Below are positions 1-9,494 of a DNA stretch of 32,229 nt, piece by piece. Source of the stretch: Deltaproteobacteria bacterium (lineage in GTDB: Bacteria > Myxococcota > Kuafuiibacteriia > Kuafuiibacteriales > Kuafuiibacteriaceae); the NCBI GenBank assembly GCA_040218735.1, contig JAVJQW010000037.1, positions 1-32,229 on the forward strand, given 5' to 3'. The position numbers were made by a program, and so were the translations under genes. Every line of letters starts with the position of its first letter. The stretch's first letter is position 1. The notes beneath the pieces are model-generated. The model saw only the letters and a program-made list of their open reading frames with translations, made no database searches and was not told the origin of the DNA.

Positions 1-786
1 GCGTGCCGGCGCGTCGCCGTGGTGCGCGCGGCGCGGCGGGTGCCCGAGGTCTTCCAGATGATCGCGACCGGCGAGCTGCATATGACCGGCGTCGCGAAGC
101 TCTCCAAGTTCATGAACGACGACAACGCCCACAGCCTCGTCGAGCAGGCGAAGAACAAGTCCAAGGCCGAGGTCGAGATGCTGATCGCTACCGAATTCCC
201 CGGCGCGAAGAGCTCTGACGACCGCGTCGAGGCGGCAACGCCCGACACGTTCGCTTTTCGCTTCGACGGGAGCGCCCAAGCCAAGGCGCTCTTGGATCGA
301 GCCAAAGAGCTCACCCCGCCTGGGACGGACATCGGGGAGATCTTCGAAGCCGCGCTCGCGCTGTACGTGGAGAAGCTGGAGAGGAGGAAGAACGGAAAGA
401 CGAGTCGTCCGCGATCGAGACCCGCCGAAGGTGCACCGGCGGGCGCAGCGTACGTCCCGGCCGCAACGCGCCGCGCGGTGGTCGAACGCGACGGCGCGCA
501 GTGCACGTTCGTGAGCGCGGACGGACGGCGGTGCAGCGAACGGTCGAACCTCGAATTCGATCACGTGGGCGGCCGCGCGTTGGGGGCCAAGAGCGTGGTC
601 GGTGAGCTGCGCTTGCTGTGTCGCGCGCACAACCTTCACGCGGCGCGGGAGGTGTTGGGTCGCGTCTTCATCGATCGGAGGATTCACGAGCGCCGCTCCA
701 CCCGGCCCAGGCAAGACGCGTGTACCGAGCGCCCGCGGCGTGAGGCGCTCCCGACGCAGCCGTCACGCGCGGAGGGCGGCTCGTGA
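1..786 (+). CDS. DUF222-like / HNH endonuclease domain protein, copy 1 (5' end truncated by window)
   Basis: Frame +1 is open from base 1. The C-terminal region RRAVVERDGAQCTF...RCSERSNLEFDHV...LRLLCRAHN is a Zn-binding HNH signature. The protein is near-identical to the gene at 31537. Confidence 0.85.
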   Translation, partial: ACRRVAVVRAARRVPEVFQMIATGELHMTGVAKLSKFMNDDNAHSLVEQAKNKSKAEVEMLIATEFPGAKSSDDRVEAATPDTFAFRFDGSAQAKALLDRAKELTPPGTDIGEIFEAALALYVEKLERRKNGKTSRPRSRPAEGAPAGAAYVPAATRRAVVERDGAQCTFVSADGRRCSERSNLEFDHVGGRALGAKSVVGELRLLCRAHNLHAAREVLGRVFIDRRIHERRSTRPRQDACTERPRREALPTQPSRAEGGS

Positions 787-983
787 GAGCGATACGAGCC
801 GGTGTTCGAGACCGCGGCCCTCCTTCGGAGCACCGCGCTCCGCGGTCCCCGCCTTCGCCAGCCCGGCAACGGCGCACGAGCGACGCATCGCTCCGCAGTG
901 CCGGCGCGCTGCCCTACGTCGAGGCGCCGCTCGCCGCCTGATGGGGGCTCGAGGCAGGCCCGTCCGCTAAGTGAATGGCATTG
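1..983 (+). mobile_element. Right part of putative non-autonomous IS4-like element carrying an HNH gene (copy 1)
   Basis: The HNH gene is followed by ~165 nt of non-coding DNA and then ...TCCGCTAAGTGAATGGCATTG, the reverse complement of the repeat at 30935. Confidence 0.6.
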
Positions 984-984
984 C
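952..984 (-). repeat. Terminal inverted repeat (right end, IS4-like)
   Basis: Its reverse complement GCAATGCCATTCACTTAGCGGA-CGGGCCTGCCT matches 30934-30967 GCAATGCCGTTGACTTAGCGGATCGGGCCCGCCT. The core matches at 20/22; the full alignment matches at 30/33 with one 1-nt gap. Confidence 0.8.
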
Positions 985-1018
985 CTCTAGCCGGGCACCT
1001 GTGCGAGCGCATCGAAGC

Positions 1019-1441
1019 TCACGGGGCGTTGAGCCGGATCTGCAGCGTCACCGGCTCCTCGTTCACCGCGAACTTCGCCTCGTCGAACGTGGGCGGGCCG
1101 AACGTGTGCGCCGGCGCGTTCTTCGAGACGCCCCAGGGCTCCTGCGGCGCGCCGACCCACGAGGAGTCCATCTTCCCGTTGCCGTTCTCGTCGTGCATCA
1201 CCGCGATCGCGTAGGTGCCGGGCGCGACGTCGGAGAAGACACACTGGACGCTGTCCCCCTTCGGCGCGACGAGTTTGCCGACCTTCGCCTTGTCACCGGG
1301 GAACCCATCCCCGTTCACGTAGAGGCCGCAGCGGATCTTGCCCTTCTGCGACTTCACGCCCTCGACCTTCACCGTGATCTCCGCCGCGAAGGCAGGCGTC
1401 GCCACACACAGCGCGAAGGCTGCGAACACTAGCTTCTTCAT
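1019..1441 (-). CDS. DUF2141 domain secreted protein
   Basis: Start re-called at ATG 1441 after AGAGG. Signal peptide MKKLVFAAFALCVATPAFA, then the motif PGTYAIAVMHDENGNGKMD...PQEPWGVSKNA...GPPTFDEAKF. Confidence 0.85.
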   Translation of the reverse strand: MKKLVFAAFALCVATPAFAAEITVKVEGVKSQKGKIRCGLYVNGDGFPGDKAKVGKLVAPKGDSVQCVFSDVAPGTYAIAVMHDENGNGKMDSSWVGAPQEPWGVSKNAPAHTFGPPTFDEAKFAVNEEPVTLQIRLNAP

Positions 1442-1485
1442 TTGTTGATTCCTCTCTCGTTGGGCCCGCGCGAAGCAGGCGGTCA

Positions 1486-2745
1486 TCAGGATTGGGGCGC
1501 CGTCAGCACACCGGCGGCGAGCTGCAAGCGAGCTTGCGCACGACGCACGGCCCAGTCCGCGCGCGCCGCCGCTGCGCGCCGGTCGCGCGACAATGCCTCG
1601 GCCTCCAGCAGATCCGCCGTCGTCACGCGGCCTTCGGCGTACCGGAGGCGCTCGTTCGCCGCGACCGCCTCCGCCTGCGTCAGGCCGCGCTCCGCGACGG
1701 CCTTCGCCGACACCGCGAGCTCGACGTCGCGCCACGCGCGCGTCACTTCCAGCCGCGCGACGCGCTCCAGCTCCGCGAGCTGCGAGGTCACCGCGCGCGC
1801 CTCCGCGGACTTCTCCGCGGCGCGCGCCGGACGCGTGAAGCCCGCGAGCGGCGTCCACACCAGGTTCACCGAGCCGCGGAAGAACACCGTCTCGTCGTAG
1901 ATCGCCGCGTTGTCGACGATCGCCTCGCCGCGCGCCTCCAGATCCGGGAGGTACTCCGCCCACACCGCCCGCTCCGCCTTCGCCAGCGCGTCGAGCGCCG
2001 ACCGCGCCGCGCGGACATCCGGGCGCGCTTCGTAGGCCTGCTCGATCCACGCCTCGCGCCCGCGCGTCTCTGCCGTCGCGGACCCCGACGGTGCCGCGGG
2101 GACGACCGGCTCGTCCTCCCCGATCAACCGTGACAGATCGAGGCTCGTCGCCTCCAACCCCGCGGCGATCCGCTGACCACCGAGCTTCGCCTCGTCGAGC
2201 GCGAGCTCCACACGCAGCAGATCCGCTTCGAGCGCACGGCCCCCGTCGACCATCGCGCGCACCGCGGTCCGGCGCTCTTCCAAAGAGCGCACGAAGGCCG
2301 CGTTCGCCTCCGCCTCCGCGGACAACGCGAGCCACGCGTAGTAGGCGTCGACCACCGCCGCCCGCCGCTCCTGACGCGCGCGCTCCGACTGCGCCCTTGC
2401 GCCCTCCGCCTGAGCCGACGCCGCCGGCGCCGCGAACAACCGCGCCGGCCGGACCAGCGGCACCGTCAGGCGCGCGACCGCCGACAGCTGATCGCGCTGC
2501 CCCAGCTCGAACGCACCGACCGGGGTCGTCAGCGTGAGGTCGCGATCGCGAACGCCGTACCCCGCTTCACCGCCGAGCGTCGGCAACAACGCCGCGCGCC
2601 ACGCGACGCTCGCGCGCGCCTCGGCGGCATCGGCGCGCGCGACGGCGGCGCCCGCTGCGCCCACGTCGGCGGAGCGGCGGAGCGCTTCGTCGAGGGTCAC
2701 CGTCTGCGGCGCCCCCGCGCCGAGGAGAAGAACCAGGCTAAGCAT
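1486..2745 (-). CDS. TolC family outer-membrane efflux protein
   Basis: Signal peptide, two Ala-rich OEP-like repeats (VVDAYY...G...DLLRVE; ERLRYAEGRVTTADLLEAE), and position directly downstream of the RND permease. Confidence 0.85.
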   Translation of the reverse strand: MLSLVLLLGAGAPQTVTLDEALRRSADVGAAGAAVARADAAEARASVAWRAALLPTLGGEAGYGVRDRDLTLTTPVGAFELGQRDQLSAVARLTVPLVRPARLFAAPAASAQAEGARAQSERARQERRAAVVDAYYAWLALSAEAEANAAFVRSLEERRTAVRAMVDGGRALEADLLRVELALDEAKLGGQRIAAGLEATSLDLSRLIGEDEPVVPAAPSGSATAETRGREAWIEQAYEARPDVRAARSALDALAKAERAVWAEYLPDLEARGEAIVDNAAIYDETVFFRGSVNLVWTPLAGFTRPARAAEKSAEARAVTSQLAELERVARLEVTRAWRDVELAVSAKAVAERGLTQAEAVAANERLRYAEGRVTTADLLEAEALSRDRRAAAARADWAVRRAQARLQLAAGVLTAPQS

Positions 2746-5700
2746 GAGCCACGACCTCCTGCGCGGACGAGGTCGCGCGCGGGTTGAACAGGAGCCGGTA
2801 GAGGGCCGGCACCACGAGGAGCGTCAGACCGGTGGACGCGACGAGCCCCGCGATCATCGCGGACGCCATCGGCGGCCACAGCGGCGACGACGAGAACGCG
2901 AGCGGCATCAAGCCGAGCACGGTCGTCGCGCTGGTCAGCAGAATGGGCCGCGTCCGCTCGCGCACCGCGCTGACGAGCGCCGTCTCGACGTCGTCGCCCG
3001 CGGCGCGCCCCGCTTCGATGCGGTCCAGCAGGACGATCGCGTTGTTGACGACGATCCCGATCAGCGCCGACACGCCGAGCACCGACATGAAGCCGAACGG
3101 CTGGTCTCCGATGAGCAGCCCCGGCACGACCCCCGCCGCAGCGAGCGGCACGGTGCTGAGGATGATACCGAGGCGACGGAACGAGTCGAACTCCAACAGC
3201 AACAGCAACACGAGCAACACGATCCCCAGCGGCGCCGCGCTCACGATCGCCGCGTTGGCGTCGCCGCTCCCTTCGGCGTTGCCGCCGAGCTCGACGTCCA
3301 CGCCTTCGATGGTCGCGAGCGTCGGAGCGATCGCGTCGAGCACCCGACTGTACGCGACGCCATCCAACGTCTGCGCCGACACGGTGATCACGCGCCGCCC
3401 GTCGCGGCGGTGGATGACCGCCGGCTGCCACTCGGGCGCGACCGCCGCGAGCGCCGCCATCGGTTGCGCACCGAATGGCGTGAAGACGTCGGTGGCGGCG
3501 AGGTCCATCGGCTCCGTCCGCTCGCCCTCGCCCGTACGCAGAACGAGCGGGACGGGATCGTCGCCGTACCGCAGGTGTCCGAGCGTCAGCCCACGCGTGC
3601 GCGACAATGTCGCGCTCGCGACCGAGGCGCGCGCGGCGCCGCGCCGAACGATTGCGCTGTCCGCGAGGCGGAGGTCGATGCGTGGCGTCCCGAAGCCCTG
3701 GTCGTGACGCACGTTCACCGCGCCGGGCACGGCACGCAGCGCGGCGATGACCTCCTCGGCCGCAGCGAAGCTCCGCTCCAGATCGTTCGAGACGAGCCGC
3801 ACTTCGATCGGCGCGTCGATCGGTGGCCCCTGTTCGAGCGTGCGCGGGATGACCTGTGCGCGAAGGAGGTTGTCACGCGCGAACCGACGGACGTGCGCCT
3901 GCAGCGCCGGGATGACCTCCGGGGAGACGGTGCGCACCACGACGCTCGCCGAGTGCGCGGCGTCAGGGCGCGTGGGGAGGTTGTAGTAGAACTTCGGCGC
4001 CGAGCGACCGACGAAGCTCGCGACCATCTGTACGTCGGGGTGCCCGAGCAGCTCGCGCTCGAGGCGCAGCGCGTAGTCGTCGGTCGTGTCGAGGTGCGTG
4101 CCCTCCGGCATGAGGACCTCCACGACGAGCTGGTCGCGACCCGACGCGGGGAAGAAGGACTTGTCGACCTTCCCCGCCCCGAGGCCGGAGAAGACGAGGA
4201 GGATCCCGGCGGCGGCGAGCACACGCCACGGACGTTCTACACCCAGGCGCGCGATGCGATCCGCGGCGCGGGTCCAGCGGTCGTCGCTCTTGGTCGACGG
4301 CTTCAGCGCGAGCGTCGACAACACCGGCGTGACCAACAGCGCGTAGACGTAGCTGACGACGAGCGTGAGCATGATGACGATCGGGATTGCGCGTGTGAAG
4401 TCGCCGACGTTGCCCTGCGCCGCGGCCATCGGGACGAAGGCGGCGAGCGTGGTGCCCGTCGCGACGCCGAGCGGGACGATCAGCTCGCGCACCGCGAGCG
4501 CGGCGGCGCGGTACGCCGGCACCCCTTCGTCCATCCGAGACTGCACGAGCTCGGCGACGACGATCGCGTTGTCGACGAGCATGCCCAACGCGATCACCAA
4601 CGCCGCCACCGCGATCTGATGGAGCACGCCACCCCCGACCGCGTAGAGGCCGATCGAGGTCAGCGCGACGAGCGGCACCACCGAGGCCACCACCAACCCC
4701 ATGCGCGCCCCCATCAACACGATGAGGACGACCGCGACGATCGCCATGCCGAGCAAGAGCGAACCGAGGAGATCCGAGAGCCGACCTTCGACACGGTCGG
4801 GCTGAAAGCTCATCTCGTGCACCTGCACCGCGACGGGCGTGGCCTGCACCGTCTGCCGCACACGATCGCCGAGCGCGACGACGTCGATGTCCGCCGAGGG
4901 GACGATGCCGACCGAGAGCGCCGGGGCGCCGTCGAAGCGCATGCGCTCACGCGCAGGATCCTCCGCGCCGAACGCGAGCGTAGCGACCTGCGCGAGCGGC
5001 AGCGTCGTCCCGTCGGCGAGACGCACCGGGAACGAAGCGAGGGCCTCGAACCCCTCGAACGCCGAGCCCGTGAAGACGGTCGCGGAGACGCCGTCGACGA
5101 CGAGGCTGCCGCCGGGGATCGTGTGGGTCGCGGCACGGAGCTGCGCCGCGAGGTCTTCGGGGCTCAGCCCCAAGCGACGCGCGGCGGCGGGATCGTAAGT
5201 GACGGTGAGCTGCTCCGAAGCGATGCCGGAGATCTCCACGCGCGACACGCCGGGGAGGCGAACGAGCGCCGACTCCAGGGTCCGCGCGCTCTTCAATAGA
5301 TCGACGGTGGTCGGCGCTCCGGTGAGCGCGAAGACCATCGCCTCCTGGTCCGCCATGATCTCCCGCTGCAGCCGCGCCGGGAGCACCTCCGACGGGAAGT
5401 CGCGACGCGCACGCTCGATGGCGTCCTCGACCTCGTCCCACGCGGTCTCGGTGTCGGTGACACTCCCGCCCAGCTCGATCACCGCGATGGTCACGCCGGT
5501 GCGCGCGTCGGCGCGGATGCGTTTCACTTCGGCGACGCGGAACAGCTGCTCCTCGAGCGGCTCGACCACGAGGCGCTCGACCATCGACGGCGTCGCGCCG
5601 GGGAACGGCACGACCAACACACCGACGCGATCCGCGAGGCGCGGATCCTCTTCGCGCGGCATCGTGACCCACGAGAGGAGTCCGAAGCCGGACATCATGA

Positions 5701-5758
5701 GCGCGACGGTGAGGAGGACACGACGTCGCGCGAGGACACCTTCGACGAGCTTCATCAT
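2738..5758 (-). CDS. RND efflux transporter permease (AcrB/AcrD/AcrF family)
   Basis: 1006 aa with PREEDP, FPGATPSMVERLVVEPLE, LGMLVDNAIVV, GIVVNNAIVLLD and RTRPILLTSATTVLGLMP. Confidence 0.93.
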   Translation of the reverse strand: MMKLVEGVLARRRVLLTVALMMSGFGLLSWVTMPREEDPRLADRVGVLVVPFPGATPSMVERLVVEPLEEQLFRVAEVKRIRADARTGVTIAVIELGGSVTDTETAWDEVEDAIERARRDFPSEVLPARLQREIMADQEAMVFALTGAPTTVDLLKSARTLESALVRLPGVSRVEISGIASEQLTVTYDPAAARRLGLSPEDLAAQLRAATHTIPGGSLVVDGVSATVFTGSAFEGFEALASFPVRLADGTTLPLAQVATLAFGAEDPARERMRFDGAPALSVGIVPSADIDVVALGDRVRQTVQATPVAVQVHEMSFQPDRVEGRLSDLLGSLLLGMAIVAVVLIVLMGARMGLVVASVVPLVALTSIGLYAVGGGVLHQIAVAALVIALGMLVDNAIVVAELVQSRMDEGVPAYRAAALAVRELIVPLGVATGTTLAAFVPMAAAQGNVGDFTRAIPIVIMLTLVVSYVYALLVTPVLSTLALKPSTKSDDRWTRAADRIARLGVERPWRVLAAAGILLVFSGLGAGKVDKSFFPASGRDQLVVEVLMPEGTHLDTTDDYALRLERELLGHPDVQMVASFVGRSAPKFYYNLPTRPDAAHSASVVVRTVSPEVIPALQAHVRRFARDNLLRAQVIPRTLEQGPPIDAPIEVRLVSNDLERSFAAAEEVIAALRAVPGAVNVRHDQGFGTPRIDLRLADSAIVRRGAARASVASATLSRTRGLTLGHLRYGDDPVPLVLRTGEGERTEPMDLAATDVFTPFGAQPMAALAAVAPEWQPAVIHRRDGRRVITVSAQTLDGVAYSRVLDAIAPTLATIEGVDVELGGNAEGSGDANAAIVSAAPLGIVLLVLLLLLEFDSFRRLGIILSTVPLAAAGVVPGLLIGDQPFGFMSVLGVSALIGIVVNNAIVLLDRIEAGRAAGDDVETALVSAVRERTRPILLTSATTVLGLMPLAFSSSPLWPPMASAMIAGLVASTGLTLLVVPALYRLLFNPRATSSAQEVVAHA

Positions 5759-6870
5759 CGCGCGGCCCGCCCTTCGTCGAGGCGACGCTCGACGACGACA
5801 TCGTCGTCGAGGAGCGCGGCGTGACCGGCGACGACGACGCGGTCCCCGGCTGCGACCTCGCCGCGCACCACCGCGCGGTCGCCGACCAGACGACGAACCT
5901 CCACGGGCACCCGGTGCGCCCGCTCGTCCTTCACCACGTAGACGAACGTCCCGCGCCCGACCGGGCTCGTGACCGCGGCACTCGGAACACTCGGCGCGTC
6001 CGCCTCGGGCCGGGCGAGGAACACGTCGAAGTCACGGCCCGCGCCGGTGCCCTCCGGGAACGTGAGGCGTACGGGGAAGAGTCGCCCCGGCCCGTCCGAC
6101 ACCAACCCGCGGGACGCGACGACGACGTCGACCGGCTTCGCCGCCCGGTCGAGCGCGGAGCGCGCGCGGATGTGATCCCCCACCGCGACCGCATCGCGCC
6201 ACGCTGCGGGGAGCCGGAGCTCGGCCTCCGTCGATCCGGCGCCGGCGACCGCGACGATCGGCTGCCCCGCCCCGGTGAGCTCGCCGGCCTCCAGGAACAC
6301 GTCGGTGACGACGCCCGCGAACGGCGCCTTCAACGTCGACTCACGTTGGCGACGCTTGGCCTCTTCGAGCCCCGCGTCGATCTGGTCGAGCTGCGCCTGA
6401 AGGGTGCGGACACCGGACCGCGTCTTCTCGAGCTCCTCGCGCCCCGCGGCCCCCGCCGACGCGAGCCCGACCGAACGCGCCTCGTCGCGCTTCGCCTGGT
6501 CGAGCCGCGCCGCGACCTGCGCCCGCGTCGCGCGCTGCGACGCGACGGCGTTGGCGAACGGGGCGGGATCGAGGCGCGCGATGACCTGCCCCGCGCGCAC
6601 CGCGTCGCCGACCTTCACCGGGCGCGCGACGACGCGCCCCGGCATCGTGAAGCCGACGCGCGCGCGGTCGACGGCCCGGGTCACCACCGCAAACCGGACC
6701 TCGGCCGGTCCAGCGATCTCGACCGCCGCCGTCTCGACGATCGGCTGCACCCGCGGGGGCGCTTCGGCCCGCGAGGACCCGCCGAGGGCCGCCCAGCCGA
6801 GCGCACCCCCGAGGACGCCCGCGATCGAGACACGGCCGAGGAAGGAGGAGAGGAACGTCGCCGTCTTCAT
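5755..6870 (-). CDS. RND efflux periplasmic adaptor (MFP) subunit
   Basis: Lipoyl-hairpin motifs GRVVARPVKVGDAVRAGQVIARLD and LKAPFAGVV. ATG start at 6870 is preferred. It overlaps the RND start by 4 nt. Confidence 0.9.
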   Translation of the reverse strand: MKTATFLSSFLGRVSIAGVLGGALGWAALGGSSRAEAPPRVQPIVETAAVEIAGPAEVRFAVVTRAVDRARVGFTMPGRVVARPVKVGDAVRAGQVIARLDPAPFANAVASQRATRAQVAARLDQAKRDEARSVGLASAGAAGREELEKTRSGVRTLQAQLDQIDAGLEEAKRRQRESTLKAPFAGVVTDVFLEAGELTGAGQPIVAVAGAGSTEAELRLPAAWRDAVAVGDHIRARSALDRAAKPVDVVVASRGLVSDGPGRLFPVRLTFPEGTGAGRDFDVFLARPEADAPSVPSAAVTSPVGRGTFVYVVKDERAHRVPVEVRRLVGDRAVVRGEVAAGDRVVVAGHAALLDDDVVVERRLDEGRAAR

Positions 6871-6930
6871 CTGAACACTAGTAAGTTCCAATCAACTTAC
6901 CGATGTCAAGTTAGTAAGTGGTGGTAAGAT
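6869..6930. promoter_or_regulatory. Probable TetR operator array and divergent promoter region
   Basis: Locally AT-rich. Contains the imperfect palindrome AACTTACCGATGTCAAGTT (6894-6912), the related ATCTGAACACTAGTAAGTT (6869-6887), and the half-site TGGTAAGAT (6922-6930), which also reads as an extended -10 (TGnTAAGAT) toward tetR. Confidence 0.6.
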
Positions 6931-6980
6931 TGAAGCCGGAGGCACGACGTTCCGCTTGGCGGACGGCGACGCGAACGCAT

Positions 6981-7640
6981 ATGCAGGACGAGATGGCGAG
7001 CGGCGGGTCGGCGCGAAAGCCGTATCATCACGGCAACCTGCGCGAGGCGCTGATCGACGGCGCGATCGCGATCATCCAGGAGCAGGACATCGCCGCCGTG
7101 TCGCTCAGGAAGGTCGCGCGGCAGATCGGGGTGACCAACGCCGCGCCCTATCACCACTTCGCGAACAAGACCGCGCTGCTGTCGGCGGTCGCGGCGGAGG
7201 GCTTTCGGGTCCTGGTCGAGCGCGGGACCGCGGCGATCGAGGCCGAGGCCTCACCGCGCGCCCAACTCAATGCGCTGGGCATGACGTACCTGTCCGTCGC
7301 GATCGAGCACCCCGCGCACTACCAGGTGATGTTCCGCAGCGACCTGCATCAGGCCGACTGCGAGGACCTCGAGTGTGTGTCCGGTGATGCGTTCGGGATG
7401 CTCGTCGGCATCATCGATCGGCTCCGGGAAGAGCTCGGCGCCGAGGGGGACGTCCTCCCCGTCACACTCTCCACGTGGTCGATGGTGCACGGCTTCGCGA
7501 CGCTCTGGACGCAGGGCGCGCTGGAGAAGAAGACCGGCATCGAGGACTGGTCGCCGCTCGCGCAACACATCTTGCGCATGCTCGGCGACCTCGTGATGCG
7601 CGAGCTCGAAGCGATGTGCCCCGATTCAGGGCACGAGTAG
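6981..7640 (+). CDS. TetR/AcrR family transcriptional regulator (WHG-type C-terminal domain)
   Basis: YHHGNLREALI...SLRKVARQIGVTNAAPYHHFANKTALL helix-turn-helix and a WSMVHG motif. Divergent from the efflux operon. Start could be 6981 or 6993. Confidence 0.92.
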   Translation: MQDEMASGGSARKPYHHGNLREALIDGAIAIIQEQDIAAVSLRKVARQIGVTNAAPYHHFANKTALLSAVAAEGFRVLVERGTAAIEAEASPRAQLNALGMTYLSVAIEHPAHYQVMFRSDLHQADCEDLECVSGDAFGMLVGIIDRLREELGAEGDVLPVTLSTWSMVHGFATLWTQGALEKKTGIEDWSPLAQHILRMLGDLVMRELEAMCPDSGHE

Positions 7641-8504
7641 AACCGGCGTCTTCGCCAGCGACAACACCCGCATCGCGGTCGATCCGATGAACGCACGGTG
7701 CCAAGCGTTGTGTCCGCTGGCGCCCACGACCACCAGGTCCGCTTCGAGGATCTCCGCGCACTCCAGGATCGCGTTGGCGGGCGGCGCCTTCGCGAACGCG
7801 TCGACGGCCACGTTGCGCACGTCGGCGTCGACGGGCAGCAACGCGCGGATCTTCGCTTCACGCTCGGCGCGCATCTTCTCCTTGTCCTCCTTCGTCGGCA
7901 GACGCGGCAGGATGTCTTCGTCCTCGTCCATCACCACCGGCGGCTCGTACGTCGTCAGCAGCTCCGTGCGCCCGCCGGGCCGCGTGTAGTGCACGGCGGC
8001 TTCGACGACACGCTCGGAGACCGGCGACAGATCGACGCCCGCGACGACGGTTCGGAATTCGACGTCCTTCTTCGTCATCGTCACGACGAGGACCGGCACC
8101 GTCGACACCCGCATCAACGCGCTCGTCACGCTCCCGAACACCGCGCGCCCCAGCGCGCCGTACCCGTGGCTCGCGACGACGATGACGTCCGCACCCGCGT
8201 CCTTCGCCGCCTCCGCGAGGTCACGCGCCGGCAACCCGACCCGCACCTCACGCGTCACTTCGACCTCGGCCGACGTCACCTCCTCCAGCTTGGCCATGGC
8301 CTTCTTCTCTTGCAGCTCGGTCAACGCCGCGGCGTCGCTCGGCGAGAAGCTGTGCGGGTACGGGACGTTGGTCGCGTAGTGCACCACGTGAACGAGGTGC
8401 ACGCGCTCGGCCTTGGTCTCGTGCGCCAGCTTCAGCGCCGTTCGCACCGCGACCTCTCCCAGCTTCGAGAAGTCGCATCCCACGACGATCGTCTTCGGTT
8501 TCAT
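7626..8504 (-). CDS. Tandem-domain universal stress protein
   Basis: Two USP domains: IVVGCDFS...ADVIVVASHGYG...FGSVT and VVAGVDLS...ADLVVVGASG...IGSTA...PVLLV. Confidence 0.92.
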   Translation of the reverse strand: MKPKTIVVGCDFSKLGEVAVRTALKLAHETKAERVHLVHVVHYATNVPYPHSFSPSDAAALTELQEKKAMAKLEEVTSAEVEVTREVRVGLPARDLAEAAKDAGADVIVVASHGYGALGRAVFGSVTSALMRVSTVPVLVVTMTKKDVEFRTVVAGVDLSPVSERVVEAAVHYTRPGGRTELLTTYEPPVVMDEDEDILPRLPTKEDKEKMRAEREAKIRALLPVDADVRNVAVDAFAKAPPANAILECAEILEADLVVVGASGHNAWHRAFIGSTAMRVLSLAKTPVLLVP

Positions 8505-9436
8505 TCGATGACCTCCTCATCTTCGCGCCGCACCACCATGACCGGGACCTCACAGGTCCGCATCACGCGCTCCGCGACGCTCCCGATGGAGAACCGCGCG
8601 AGGCCCGAGCGCCCGTGCGTCCCCATCGCCACCAAGTCGTAACCACCGTTGGCCGCGAATCGACCGATGACTTCGTGCGGCTTGCCGTCCTCGATGTGCA
8701 GATCGGGGAGGCGCTCCTCGAAGTGCCCGGTGAGGAACAAGCCTAGCTCGTCTTCGATCTTCGACTGCGCGTACGCACCGAGCGTCACCGGCTCCTGCCC
8801 CTGCAGCTGCACGAGCATCGACTGCAAACCGTCGATGCCCTCCGCGTGGTGGACGACGTGCAGCAGGTCGACCTCGGCGTCGTGTTTGACGGCGAGTCGA
8901 TTCGCCGCGAAGAACGCCGAGCGAGCGCCCTCGGAGAAGTCGATCGGGACGAGGATCTTCTTCGGCGGGAACCGCGTCGGCCGGTCGGTGTGCGCGCCGA
9001 CGACGATCACCGGCGCCGCAGCCGAGCGCACCACGAGCTCCGCGACGCTCCCCATGAACAGGTGGTCGATACCTGTGCGTCCGTGGGTCCCGAGGATCGC
9101 GAGGTCGTGGTTGGCGAGGTACGCGAGGATCGACTCCACGGGCTCGCCGACCTCGACCTTCGCCGCGTCGCGCATCGCCGGCGGGACCGACATCTCCTCG
9201 AGCAACGCCGCCTGGCGCTCTTCACCTTGTTTGCGAATGTAGTTCTCGAGCGTGACGCCGTCGTGGATGCGCGCGAACTCCATCGCGACCGAAGGCGCGA
9301 TCTCCAGCGGCATCGGGCACGCCGTGAGGATCGTGAGGTCGGCCTCTTCGCGCTGGGCCACGTCCACCGCGTACGCGAGCGCCCGCCGGGAGGCGTTCGA
9401 GAAGTCCACCGGAGCGAGAATCTTGGGCCGTTTCAT
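8501..9436 (-). CDS. Tandem-domain universal stress protein
   Basis: Start re-called at ATG 9436. Two USP domains, each with the GTHGRxG...GSVAE ATP-binding-type motif. Confidence 0.93.
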   Translation of the reverse strand: MKRPKILAPVDFSNASRRALAYAVDVAQREEADLTILTACPMPLEIAPSVAMEFARIHDGVTLENYIRKQGEERQAALLEEMSVPPAMRDAAKVEVGEPVESILAYLANHDLAILGTHGRTGIDHLFMGSVAELVVRSAAAPVIVVGAHTDRPTRFPPKKILVPIDFSEGARSAFFAANRLAVKHDAEVDLLHVVHHAEGIDGLQSMLVQLQGQEPVTLGAYAQSKIEDELGLFLTGHFEERLPDLHIEDGKPHEVIGRFAANGGYDLVAMGTHGRSGLARFSIGSVAERVMRTCEVPVMVVRREDEEVIE

Positions 9437-9448
9437 GCCCGTGTCCTC

Positions 9449-9464
9449 CGCAACGCACGTGCCG
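9449..9464 (-). promoter_or_regulatory. Sigma54 -24/-12 promoter for the usp pair
   Basis: The minus strand reads CGGCAC-GTGCG-TTGCG, matching YGGCAC-N5-TTGC. Confidence 0.65.
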
Positions 9465-9494
9465 GGGCGGGATGCCTCGCCGAACGGGGACCCG

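Noticed and set aside
1-486. Terminal repeat read as a circular-contig overlap or assembly artefact
   Set aside because: 34 mismatches, mostly synonymous, show two distinct paralogous copies.
1-786. HNH protein as IscB/Cas9-like or group II intron-encoded nuclease
   Set aside because: No RuvC, PLMP or reverse-transcriptase motifs; the N-terminus is the helical DUF222-like type.
2534-5299. Very long antisense or alternative-frame ORFs (e.g. 2534-5299 +, 27089-29959 -, 16226-18244 +, 12290-14167 +)
   Set aside because: They are Arg/Ala/Gly-rich shadow ORFs expected in high-GC DNA, overlap well-supported genes, and carry no motifs.
6904-6909. Perfect TTGACA on the minus strand as the -35 of the efflux operon
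   Set aside because: No TANNNT at 16-18 bp spacing; it is better explained as part of the TetR palindrome.
7626-7640. 15-nt convergent overlap of tetR and usp 3' ends
   Set aside because: Short tail-to-tail overlaps are common in compact high-GC genomes.
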